Shown here piece after piece: positions 54,849 through 64,000 of a stretch of DNA of 64,000 nucleotides (the stretch's first letter is position 1; the number at the start of each line of letters is the position of its first letter). Under the pieces are notes generated by a model that worked only from the letters and a program-made list of their open reading frames with translations, had not been told where the DNA came from and did not search any database. The DNA is taken from NCBI RefSeq assembly GCF_988242995.1, contig NZ_OZ547043.1. The stretch is one strand, 5' to 3'. Position numbers and translations under genes: made by a program.

Positions 54849-56041
54849 TCCTGACGTTTTCCTTTTATTCGTTCGTTATAACGCTGATAGTTCTTCGCTT
54901 TGGTCGGGCTAAATGATAATGCCCGACACCAGTAATCGTTATTGAGTAAAACTTTGCATATTCGCCGCCAGGAGGGGATATCTTTCGCGCCAATGTCCCC
55001 TTGCTGGGTTTGTGGAACCTCGATGCCTTTTTTCTGATACCAGTGCAAATAAATGGCGATTTTATTGCGATAATGCTCAGCTGTTTTCTCCGGCATGCTG
55101 TTGAGTAGCAATAATGCATACTCCTGCCAGTCTAAATGTTCGGGCTTGAGGATTTTCCGATGACCATAAAAATGGTTGTCATGTCCGGCGTAAATGCCGC
55201 CACTTTTTACCCCGCTGACTCGTGCGCACATAGCAGCCCAGCGATCCGGTTCGATAACGTGATAGAGCCATAATCCTTGCCGTTGTTCCGGACCAAAAGG
55301 TTCGCAAATTCGCATATGACGTAGAGGAACGCCTGCCTGATACATTATATTATACAGTGGGTTACAGAGGCGTTGATGGCTAGCATACCAGGTCCAGATA
55401 TCAGCGACTTTCCAGTCGTAGATGGGGTAAATGTACCAGCTATGACCGCCTGGTGCGGCAGTGGTCCAGGGCTTATCATCGGCAAAACGTTGTTTATTTA
55501 AACTGGCGATGGCGACAAAACGGTTGTAGGACTCATCCGCACGGATGCCGATCATCATCGCCGCCGGACGTTTTTGTGAAAACCATTCGGCAAACTCACG
55601 CACAAATTGTTCGAAGGTCATGCCTGGCTGGTAAAAGGAGAAAAAGTCAGGATCGGTTATCGCATCTTGCGGAGGCTGACGTACCCATTCGACATCAGGT
55701 TCCCAGCACTGCCATTCGGGTTGGTATTGTGATAGGGAATTTTGCGTTGTAAGCGGGAGCGCAACCCAGTAAAACTCTTCGATGACATCGGTGTACAACT
55801 CGCGCAGAGACTGAACATAGTTAATGGTGCAAGAGAACTGAGCTTCCCAGTCGATAAATAAAACACAAATTTTTTTGCCCATTTGTCGGGCAAGTTCGGC
55901 GGTCAGATGCAGCATTAATCCGGAATCTTTACCACCCGAAAAAGAAACGCAGACGCGGGGTAGGGTGTTAAGTGTCCAGGTAATACGTTCTTTTGCAGCT
56001 TCCAGAATATTCAGTGGAAGCGGGATTTTATAAATAGACAT
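54821..56041 (-). CDS. ybdN: PAPS-reductase-like (phosphoadenosine phosphosulfate reductase family, SGGKDS P-loop) protein YbdN, 406 aa
   Basis: ORF track MSIYKIPLPLNILEAAKERITWTLNTLPRVCVSFSGGKDSGLMLHL... Confidence 0.85.
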   Translation of the reverse strand: MSIYKIPLPLNILEAAKERITWTLNTLPRVCVSFSGGKDSGLMLHLTAELARQMGKKICVLFIDWEAQFSCTINYVQSLRELYTDVIEEFYWVALPLTTQNSLSQYQPEWQCWEPDVEWVRQPPQDAITDPDFFSFYQPGMTFEQFVREFAEWFSQKRPAAMMIGIRADESYNRFVAIASLNKQRFADDKPWTTAAPGGHSWYIYPIYDWKVADIWTWYASHQRLCNPLYNIMYQAGVPLRHMRICEPFGPEQRQGLWLYHVIEPDRWAAMCARVSGVKSGGIYAGHDNHFYGHRKILKPEHLDWQEYALLLLNSMPEKTAEHYRNKIAIYLHWYQKKGIEVPQTQQGDIGAKDIPSWRRICKVLLNNDYWCRALSFSPTKAKNYQRYNERIKGKRQEWGILCNND

Positions 56042-56187
56042 CTGAAAACGCTCTCTGAACGTTACGGGGTGACTCGTGAGATGAATCCGTTAATTATAGG
56101 GTAAACGAAGCAAGATAGAGCACATTATTTTATATTCACACAATGAATCAATTGATGCGTAATATAACATTTATCCGTGGTAATAAA

Positions 56188-57090
56188 TCAGAAGCTATCA
56201 TTTAAACGATCTATGAATCGTGAGAAGACAAGGTTGTTCAACGAAGCCTTGTTATAGGAAATATAAAGTTTAACCGCAGGAAGTGGTCGTTCCAGTTTTA
56301 TCTCTTGTAACTTCAAAAAATCACGATGTAAATCGTACAGTTCGGTGGGCACAATGCCCAATAAGTCAGTAACAGAAATACTATTAATTATCGTCAACAA
56401 AGAAGAACTGCGAAATGAAATTTTACGGTTCATAAAACGTTCATCTATGTCCATTTGAATTTCGTCAATCCCTGCTGATTTAGATATCAACAAGGTGAAT
56501 TCTTCGGCGATAATTTGTTCATAGTTACTGGTATCGGTAATACGAGGATGTTTATTGCTACATATAAGAGAATTGCGAATAGTATGTAACGGCATGCAGA
56601 TGACAGAGCGGCTAATTACTGGTTGTAGTGTAATTGCCAGGTCAGTTTTGCGTTGAACCAACAGTTCTTCGGCATTTTCAGCTGAAAGCAGTATGTCATG
56701 GCATTCTATATCGATTGAAGTATCTTGTCTAAGACAGCGGATTAGCATGTTGTTATTAGTACAAGAAATAAGCTGAGGACCGTAGATAATAAAATTTTTC
56801 TTTAGCTCAGACTTATTAACAATATTGATCGTTTGTTCAAGGCCTCTGAGATTTTTCTCAAGATGATGATGCAGATTTAACCCTGTCGTAGTCGGCGCGA
56901 TACCTTTCCCTGAGCGAATGAATAACGGGTCATTAAATTGCGCACGTAAACGTTGTAACGACTGACTAACAGCAGAGGGCGTTATATATAATGATTCTGC
57001 TGCTTTGCTAATGCTGAGGTGTTGATAAATGCACTCAAATATGACCAGTAAATTCAGATCAAATTTTTTTAGGTCATAAAGATTCGCCAT
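56188..57090 (-). CDS. ybdO: LysR-family transcriptional regulator YbdO, 300 aa
   Basis: ORF track; start moved to MANLYDLKKFDLNLLVIFECIY; markedly AT-rich gene. Confidence 0.85.
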   Translation of the reverse strand: MANLYDLKKFDLNLLVIFECIYQHLSISKAAESLYITPSAVSQSLQRLRAQFNDPLFIRSGKGIAPTTTGLNLHHHLEKNLRGLEQTINIVNKSELKKNFIIYGPQLISCTNNNMLIRCLRQDTSIDIECHDILLSAENAEELLVQRKTDLAITLQPVISRSVICMPLHTIRNSLICSNKHPRITDTSNYEQIIAEEFTLLISKSAGIDEIQMDIDERFMNRKISFRSSSLLTIINSISVTDLLGIVPTELYDLHRDFLKLQEIKLERPLPAVKLYISYNKASLNNLVFSRFIDRLNDSF

Positions 57091-57297
57091 AACATACTCC
57101 GTTATATTATCTCTTCTATAAATCATTCATTTGTTCAATAATGTTGCTGTTGTATTTATTTGTATTATGTTTTTTTGCTTAACTCAGAATTAAGTTTTTC
57201 TAAAATAGCACAGCCACTTAGGGCAGAGCGAGCAATTCATGCTTTTTTAGGATGGTTGAAAAACAGGGATATATTTCAACCATCCATGAATTATCTT

Positions 57298-58044
57298 TTA
57301 TTTATTCCCCATAATGATATTAAGCGTTTTCTGATCGGGCAACCCCACGGCCTGTTGCAGCGTATTTTCCTTACTCATGTAGTAGATAGCTGGTGTGACA
57401 TTTGCCCCCAGATCGTCCATGAGTTTTTCGTTGTCGCTTAACACTTTCATTTGCTCTGTACTTACGTTTGCAGGCACGTTTAGCTTAAGCTTGCCACCAG
57501 AGGCTTCATATTCTTGCCAGGTTTTTGCGGGATCTTTGGAGGCAAGAATTGCCGCTGCTGTCGCCGGGCTTTCTGGCTTGATAACGCCAACCAACAATGT
57601 TCTTAATTGCACTTTGCCAGAATCTACCCACGGGCGAGCCTGCTGCCAGAACTGTTTACAATATGGGCAGAACGGATCGGCGAAGACGTAGACAATGACC
57701 GGCGCGTCTTTTTTACCGTCGAGGAGCCAGTGGGATTGTTCCATCCGTTGCCACATTTCGCGTCCGGCTGGTGCGTAAATTTCTTTTTCGATAAGTGTGT
57801 TACTCAGGTTTTCACCTTTCTCGTTGTACATGTAACCGGAGATAGCGTGCTTACCATCTGGAGTCAGGTAGATGGTGACGCCCATATCCTGATACTTTCC
57901 GAGATAACCTTTCATTCCTCCGGGAGCATCGAATGTTTTGATGATCGTAATACCCTGTTTTTCAATCGCTTTTACTGGATCAGGAAGTTCCTCTGCGAAG
58001 GCGATTGCAGGAAGCAGAGCCAGTAAAAGTATCTTTTTTAACAT
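57298..58044 (-). CDS. dsbG: Periplasmic thiol:disulfide oxidoreductase DsbG, 248 aa
   Basis: ORF track; start moved to [17 protein letters not shown] (signal peptide); CPYC active site. Confidence 0.93.
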   Translation of the reverse strand: MLKKILLLALLPAIAFAEELPDPVKAIEKQGITIIKTFDAPGGMKGYLGKYQDMGVTIYLTPDGKHAISGYMYNEKGENLSNTLIEKEIYAPAGREMWQRMEQSHWLLDGKKDAPVIVYVFADPFCPYCKQFWQQARPWVDSGKVQLRTLLVGVIKPESPATAAAILASKDPAKTWQEYEASGGKLKLNVPANVSTEQMKVLSDNEKLMDDLGANVTPAIYYMSKENTLQQAVGLPDQKTLNIIMGNK

Positions 58045-58329
58045 TAATTTGTCCTTTTCAGTCAGTGCAAAAGTCGGGTAAAAGGCATAACCTATCACTG
58101 TCATAGGTAAGAGCTTAGATCAGGTGATTGCCCTTTGTTTATGAGGGTGTTGTAATCCATGTCGTTGTTGCATTTGTAAGGGCAACACCTCAGCCTGCAG
58201 GCAGGCGCTGAAGATACCAAAGGGTAGTTCAGATTACACGGTCACCTGGAAAGGGGGCCATTTTACTTTTTATCGCCGCTGGCGGTGCAAAGTTCACAAA
58301 GTTGTCTTACGAAGGTTGTAAGGTAAAAC

Positions 58330-58385
58330 TTATCGATTTGATAATGGAAACGCATTAGCCGAATCGGCAAAAATTGGTTACCTTA
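58330..58385. promoter_or_regulatory. Probable OxyR-binding region of the ahpC promoter
   Basis: Position relative to the ahpC start and established OxyR control of ahpCF; motif not rigorously matched. Confidence 0.35.
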
Positions 58386-58415
58386 CATCTCATCGAAAAC
58401 ACGGAGGAAGTATAG

Positions 58416-58979
58416 ATGTCCTTGATTAACACCAAAATTAAACCTTTTAAAAACCAGGCATTCAAAAACGGCGAATTCATCGAAATCACCGAAAAAGATA
58501 CCGAAGGCCGCTGGAGCGTCTTCTTCTTCTACCCGGCTGACTTTACTTTCGTATGCCCGACCGAACTGGGTGACGTTGCTGACCACTACGAAGAACTGCA
58601 GAAACTGGGCGTAGACGTATACGCAGTATCTACCGATACTCACTTCACCCACAAAGCATGGCACAGCAGCTCTGAAACCATCGCTAAAATCAAATATGCG
58701 ATGATCGGCGACCCGACTGGCGCCCTGACCCGTAACTTCGACAACATGCGTGAAGATGAAGGTCTGGCTGACCGTGCGACCTTCGTTGTTGACCCGCAGG
58801 GTATCATCCAGGCAATCGAAGTTACCGCTGAAGGCATTGGCCGTGACGCGTCTGACCTGCTGCGTAAAATCAAAGCAGCACAGTACGTAGCTTCTCACCC
58901 AGGTGAAGTTTGCCCGGCTAAATGGAAAGAAGGTGAAGCAACTCTGGCTCCGTCTCTGGACCTGGTTGGTAAAATCTAA
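58416..58979 (+). CDS. ahpC: Alkyl hydroperoxide reductase peroxiredoxin subunit AhpC, 187 aa
   Basis: ORF track [33 protein letters not shown]... Confidence 0.98.
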   Translation: MSLINTKIKPFKNQAFKNGEFIEITEKDTEGRWSVFFFYPADFTFVCPTELGDVADHYEELQKLGVDVYAVSTDTHFTHKAWHSSSETIAKIKYAMIGDPTGALTRNFDNMREDEGLADRATFVVDPQGIIQAIEVTAEGIGRDASDLLRKIKAAQYVASHPGEVCPAKWKEGEATLAPSLDLVGKI

Positions 58980-59149
58980 ATTTCCTTCGTCTTTCGCGCT
59001 ACCAACTCCGGCGCGAAATACTTCGGAAATTCACCTAATTCTTCGGGTGCTGCGGCACCCGATTTTCTTCCCCGCACCATGATGCAAGCTGCATCCAGGT
59101 AGCCGCAGAGGCCGCTTGCATGATGATGTTTAAAGCCCAGGAGATAAAC

Positions 59150-60715
59150 ATGCTCGACACAAATATGAAAACTCAACTCAAGGCTTACCTTGAGAAATTG
59201 ACCAAGCCTGTTGAGTTAATTGCCACGTTGGATGACAGCGCTAAATCGGCAGAAATCAAGGAACTGTTGGCTGAAATCGCAGAACTGTCAGACAAAGTCA
59301 CCTTTAAAGAAGATAACAGCTTGCCGGTGCGTAAGCCGTCTTTCCTGATCACTAACCCAGGTTCCAACCAGGGGCCACGTTTTGCAGGTTCCCCGCTGGG
59401 CCACGAGTTTACCTCGCTGGTACTGGCGTTGTTGTGGACCGGTGGTCATCCGTCGAAAGAAGCGCAGTCTCTGCTGGAGCAGATTCGCCATATTGACGGT
59501 GATTTTGAATTCGAAACCTATTACTCGCTCTCTTGCCACAACTGCCCGGATGTGGTGCAGGCGCTGAACCTGATGAGCGTACTGAACCCGCGCATCAAGC
59601 ACACTGCAATTGACGGCGGCACCTTCCAGAACGAAATCACCGATCGCAACGTGATGGGCGTTCCGGCAGTGTTCGTAAACGGGAAAGAGTTTGGTCAGGG
59701 TCGCATGACGTTGACTGAAATCGTCGCCAAAATTGATACTGGCGCGGAAAAACGTGCGGCAGAAGAGCTGAACAAGCGTGATGCTTATGACGTATTAATC
59801 GTCGGTTCCGGCCCGGCGGGTGCAGCGGCAGCAATTTACTCCGCACGTAAAGGTATCCGTACTGGTTTGATGGGCGAACGTTTTGGTGGTCAGATCCTCG
59901 ATACCGTTGATATCGAAAACTACATTTCTGTACCGAAGACCGAAGGCCAGAAACTGGCAGGTGCGCTGAAAGTTCACGTTGATGAATACGACGTTGATGT
60001 GATCGACAGCCAGAGCGCCAGCAAACTGATCCCGGCAGCGGTTGAAGGTGGCCTGCATCAGATTGAAACAGCTTCTGGCGCGGTACTGAAAGCACGCAGC
60101 ATTATTGTGGCGACCGGTGCAAAATGGCGCAACATGAACGTTCCGGGCGAAGATCAGTATCGCACCAAAGGCGTGACCTACTGCCCGCACTGCGACGGCC
60201 CGCTGTTTAAAGGTAAACGCGTAGCGGTTATCGGCGGCGGTAACTCCGGCGTGGAAGCGGCAATTGACCTGGCGGGTATCGTTGAGCACGTAACGCTGCT
60301 GGAATTTGCGCCAGAAATGAAAGCCGACCAGGTTCTGCAGGACAAACTGCGCAGCCTGAAAAACGTCGACATTATTCTGAATGCGCAAACCACGGAAGTG
60401 AAAGGCGACGGTAGCAAAGTCGTAGGTCTGGAATATCGAGATCGTGTCAGCGGCGATATTCACAACATCGAACTGGCCGGTATTTTCGTGCAGATTGGTC
60501 TGCTGCCGAACACCAACTGGCTCGAAGGCGCAGTCGAACGTAACCGCATGGGCGAGATTATCATTGATGCGAAATGCGAAACCAACGTGAAAGGCGTGTT
60601 CGCAGCGGGTGACTGTACAACGGTTCCGTACAAGCAGATCATCATCGCCACTGGCGAAGGTGCGAAAGCCTCTCTGAGTGCTTTTGACTACCTGATTCGC
60701 ACCAAAACAGCATAA
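59150..60715 (+). CDS. ahpF: Alkyl hydroperoxide reductase flavoprotein subunit AhpF, 521 aa
   Basis: ORF track; start moved to [23 protein letters not shown] (ATG 59150, CAGGAG RBS). Confidence 0.97.
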
Positions 60716-60743
60716 GAAGAAGTAAGATTCACCTGCAATTGCT

Positions 60744-60777
60744 TAGCCGCCGGGGTCAAACCTGGCGGCTTTTTTAT
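60744..60777 (+). terminator. Rho-independent terminator after ahpF (AGCCGCCGGGGTCAAACCTGGCGGCT followed by TTTTTTATT)
   Basis: Inverted repeat plus T-run read from sequence. Confidence 0.6.
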
Positions 60778-60835
60778 TGCATTAAAAAGCCCTGCAGGGA
60801 TGGCTCCGGGCAGGGCGGGATACTTATTCTGGCAA

Positions 60836-61264
60836 TTAACGCACAACCAGCACCGGCAAATTGGCGTGGCGGATCACGCTCGAGGCGTTAGAACCCAACA
60901 GATGAGTTGAAATTGATGGGTTACGCGAACCAATCACTACTACATCTGCATCAAGTTCTTTCGCTAACTCGTTAACTTCATCCCGCACACTACCAAAACG
61001 GACATGTTGCTTAATGCGGGAAGGATCGATGGTGAAGTGGCTGACCATCGTTTGCAAACGTTCTTCTGCTTCATGTTGCAGATGCTCTTCAAAACGACGT
61101 ACATCAGCGGCAAAACGGTGCAGGCTCAGGCTGGCTGACCCCGGTAGTACGTGAAGTAGATGAATAACTCCGTCATCCTGGGCGAGGAATTCAGCGTGGC
61201 GAACCGCTTTGTCGCTCAATTCCATTTCGAAAACATCCACTGGCATGATGATTGTTTTGTACAT
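60836..61264 (-). CDS. uspG: Universal stress protein UspG (YbdQ), 142 aa
   Basis: ORF track; start moved to [21 protein letters not shown] (ATG 61264, AAGGAGAGA RBS). Confidence 0.93.
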   Translation of the reverse strand: MYKTIIMPVDVFEMELSDKAVRHAEFLAQDDGVIHLLHVLPGSASLSLHRFAADVRRFEEHLQHEAEERLQTMVSHFTIDPSRIKQHVRFGSVRDEVNELAKELDADVVVIGSRNPSISTHLLGSNASSVIRHANLPVLVVR

Positions 61265-61387
61265 AAGCATTCTCTCCTTGTTTTTGCATGTATACATAAC
61301 AGCACATTATTGGTTATGAATCTATGATTTGCGAGGCTGATTTGATCTGAATTTGCTATTGAGCTGGAAAATAAATAAAACCAGGCG

Positions 61388-61477
61388 CTACCAGCGTTGT
61401 TCAAGGTATAGCACTGCAGCAACAATAATTGCGGCTATGAATATATAAAATGCAGTGATACCGAGAGCTTCGCTCAT
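61388..61477 (-). CDS. Hypothetical small hydrophobic protein, 29 aa (MSEALGITAFYIFIAAIIVAAVLYLEQRW)
   Basis: Short ORF below the track threshold, found by reading the uspG-rnk intergenic region; single predicted transmembrane helix; weak RBS. Speculative. Confidence 0.25.
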   Translation of the reverse strand: MSEALGITAFYIFIAAIIVAAVLYLEQRW

Positions 61478-61619
61478 ATGAGGTTCCGCAGATGAATAAC
61501 CAGTTCAGATTAGAATGCTGCGCTTAAGAGCAAAATGATAAATCTGGTTGATATTTGAGCGGAAAGAGGATGCGAGTGCATCCTCTGGGCAAAGCGAGTT
61601 ATCGCTTGTGCAGATGGGA

Positions 61620-62030
61620 TTAAAGCAGGTAGTCGCCAGCAGCTTCTGGCTGGTATTCGAGTTCCAGCACTTCAAGGTGGGTTGCAACGCCGCCCGGAAG
61701 TTCCCAGTGAATGGAATCGCCAACGCGCAGCCCCAGCAGTGCGGCACCTACCGGAGCCATAACGGAAAGCTGAGTATTGCTGTCGGTCATTTTTGCCGGA
61801 TACACCAGCGTGCGCACACGCACTTCGCCATCGCTAAGATTGCGGAATTTAACCCGGCTGTTCATTGTCACCACGTCGTGTGGCATCTCTTCTGGCGAAC
61901 ACATTTGGGCGCGATCCAACTCTGCGTTTAACGCGTCGGCGATTGGCAAACCAGCATAGGCTGGTTGCTCCAGCAGAATATCGATGCGTTCGGCATCCAG
62001 GTCGTTAATGATGATAGTTGGTCTGGACAT
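61620..62030 (-). CDS. rnk: Regulator of nucleoside diphosphate kinase Rnk (GreA/GreB-like), 136 aa
   Basis: ORF track [34 protein letters not shown]... Confidence 0.95.
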
Positions 62031-62259
62031 TTTTACTCCATGTCGTCGGTACTGCGAGTGTCGCAGATAAACATACCCAAAAGAAAACCCTCACCGTCAG
62101 GCGGCGAGGGTTTAACTCACATGATGATACTGACTGTTGCTCACTCTTTGAAGTGATTTGCGTCACATTCAGGGAATTCCTCAATGTAGCGCATTATGTA
62201 TAAATCTTAATCGTCATGGTTTATGGAAGACGAATTAGCGTGTTTTGTAAATCAGAGGA

Positions 62260-63066
62260 TTAATAACCTGCTTTATCAATCACAAAGGTTTTGCCACAGT
62301 TGCCTGGGTGTGGTTGTGGCAAGAATGAGTTGGCAGAAAGCGGAGCGTTGATGGCGTCAGCTTTGATCGAGATCTGAATTTCAGTCAAATACGCAGGGTT
62401 ACCCTGGCACGTTAGCTTAACTGCTTTCACGTTCTCTTTTCCCCAGCTTTTGGCAAAGGCGGCATCAAAGTCACGGCGGCTCACTGTTTTACCGTAGTTA
62501 TCCGCAAGGAATTTTCCGGCTTCGCTCTCTTTAATTTCTTGATTCAGGCGTACCATCGTGCCGAAGTATGCGTCTGGATCAAAACCAAAGCAGGCACCGT
62601 GTTTGGCATATTCGTAGCGTTCCAGGCAGGAACGTACGCCAGCTCCTGGCATGACTTCACTTAGTTTAGCTGCCGTTTCCAGTGATAACCCGGTTTCCGG
62701 CGATGAACACATCCGGCTGGCGCGTGCTTCTGGCAGATTCGGGATTGGGCGAGTAGCGCAACCGAAGCGCATCCAGCGGCGTTCATCAACACCACGGGCA
62801 GCAACCGATTTAGGCAATCCTGGCCATAGACCATGTACGGTCAGAAAATCAGCTTTGTTGGTCGTTTCGGTTTGCAGGCGACATTCATCTCGTTCGTTAC
62901 GATTTCGATCGTGTTGACTCTGGCAAAATCCGGTTTGCCAGGAGAGGGCCAGGACATAGCGATCAAAATCGCCATACTGTTTTGCCTGCAACGCCACGGC
63001 GTTGGCAGAAGAGAAGGGAAGCAGAGAAACCGCGAGCAACGCGGCGTTACGCCAGAATGCTTTCAT
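62260..63066 (-). CDS. rna: Periplasmic ribonuclease I (RNase I), 268 aa
   Basis: ORF track; start moved to MKAFWRNAALLAVSLLPFSSANA (signal peptide). Confidence 0.95.
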   Translation of the reverse strand: MKAFWRNAALLAVSLLPFSSANAVALQAKQYGDFDRYVLALSWQTGFCQSQHDRNRNERDECRLQTETTNKADFLTVHGLWPGLPKSVAARGVDERRWMRFGCATRPIPNLPEARASRMCSSPETGLSLETAAKLSEVMPGAGVRSCLERYEYAKHGACFGFDPDAYFGTMVRLNQEIKESEAGKFLADNYGKTVSRRDFDAAFAKSWGKENVKAVKLTCQGNPAYLTEIQISIKADAINAPLSANSFLPQPHPGNCGKTFVIDKAGY

Positions 63067-63113
63067 AATGGGTGTGGAACTCATACATACACTGAATACT
63101 ATCTATTAAATCA

Positions 63114-63150
63114 TAAAAAAGCCCGCCAGGTGGGCTTACCTGGCGGGCGT
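63114..63150 (-). terminator. Rho-independent terminator downstream of citT (GCCCGCCAGGT...ACCTGGCGGGC with T-run on the minus strand)
   Basis: Inverted repeat read from sequence, preceded on the plus strand by an A-run. Confidence 0.55.
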
Positions 63151-63179
63151 GATGATTTATTCAGCGTTTGGCGAACGTA

Positions 63180-64000
63180 TTAGTTCCACATGGCGAGAAT
63201 CGGCCAGCCAACCAACAGCAACATAGAGATGTAAATCACCCCGAAGATTGCGCCAAGACGCCAGTAATCTTTTGATTTCACATAGCCACAGCCGTAAATA
63301 ATCACCCCAGGACCGGTTGCATACGGCGTCAGACAGCCCATGATACCGATAGACAGCACCAGCAGGATACACAGTTGTTCCATTGGTACGCCCGGAATAC
63401 CTTTACCGACGGCCAGAATAACCGGCAGCATGGTTGCGGTGTGCGCAGACAGGCTGGCAAACAGGTAGTGCGCAAAGTAGAACACCAGAACCAGTACAAT
63501 CACCGTTGCGTTTGGTGAGAATCCTTCCAGGTGCGTACTCATGGTACCGGCAAACCAGTCAATAAAGCCAGAACGAGTCAGGCCATTCGCCATCACAACC
63601 AGCGTTGCCAGGTTGACCAGCGTGTTCCATGCGCTGTTATAGCGGGTAATGTCTTTCCACGGCACAACGTGCAGGGCCAGCATTAGTGAAACTGCCAGCA
63701 GACCTACCGCAGTAGCATTAATGACTTCACTGCCAAATACCCACAAACCTAAGCTGAGCAATACAAGGCCAATCAGCGTCCACTCTCTGCGTGTCAGCGC
63801 ACCCATGGTTTTTAGTTCATCACCCGCCCAGGTTGCCACTTCTTCACTGTGTGTGATTTCCGGTTTGTACAGCACGTAGGAAAGCCACGGCGCAATGATA
63901 AGTAAGATAACGCCAACCGGCAGGAAGCAGAGGAACCACTGCAACCAGCTAATCTGGATACCGGCAATTTTGCTGACGAACTCCAGACCCAGCACGTTTG
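63180..64000 (-). CDS. citT: Citrate:succinate antiporter CitT, C-terminal ~273 codons; 5' end beyond window end
   Basis: ORF track translation ...LLVGWPILAMWN matches the CitT C-terminus; reading frame stays open to the window edge. Confidence 0.9.
   Translation of the reverse strand, partial: NVLGLEFVSKIAGIQISWLQWFLCFLPVGVILLIIAPWLSYVLYKPEITHSEEVATWAGDELKTMGALTRREWTLIGLVLLSLGLWVFGSEVINATAVGLLAVSLMLALHVVPWKDITRYNSAWNTLVNLATLVVMANGLTRSGFIDWFAGTMSTHLEGFSPNATVIVLVLVFYFAHYLFASLSAHTATMLPVILAVGKGIPGVPMEQLCILLVLSIGIMGCLTPYATGPGVIIYGCGYVKSKDYWRLGAIFGVIYISMLLLVGWPILAMWN

Noticed and set aside
57250-57297. Hairpin GGATGGTTGAAA...TTTCAACCATCC downstream of dsbG as an intrinsic terminator
   Set aside because: On the dsbG (minus) strand the stem is followed by an A-run rather than a T-run, so terminator assignment is unsupported; it may be a structural or regulatory palindrome.

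Overview
This window reads as Enterobacteriaceae chromosome, almost certainly Escherichia coli or a very close relative, co-linear with the K-12 region nfrA-nfrB / cusSR-cusCFBA / pheP / ybdG / nfsB / ybdF-ybdJ-ybdK / hokE / entD-fepA-fes-ybdZ-entF-fepE-fepCGD-entS-fepB-entCEBAH / cstA-ybdD / ybdH / ybdL / ybdMN / ybdO / dsbG / ahpCF / uspG / rnk / rna / citT. Gene identities come from reading the translated ORF track against remembered protein sequences; no database search was run. The main departure from that backbone is a roughly 9.8 kb accessory island between nfrB and cusS (about 4187-14020), all on the minus strand: an orphan type VI secretion effector module (vgrG, a DUF1795/EagR-type chaperone, a prePAAR/PAAR Rhs protein with an unrecognised 115-aa C-terminal toxin domain, and a small putative immunity gene) capped by an ISAs1-family H-repeat element. 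The Rhs toxin/immunity cassette is the best candidate for something undescribed here. Other differences from K-12 as I remember it: two tandem intact hok/sok-type loci with no IS186, and no ybdR between uspG and rnk. No rRNA, tRNA, CRISPR array or prophage was seen. Many ORF-track entries are N-terminally over-extended (the track takes the most upstream ATG/GTG/TTG), so starts were moved to internal codons where the known protein N-terminus was recognised. Coordinates of small motifs read by eye may be off by 1-2 bp; at two gene starts (fepA, ybdH) my by-eye position disagreed with the track by 1 bp and I used the track.
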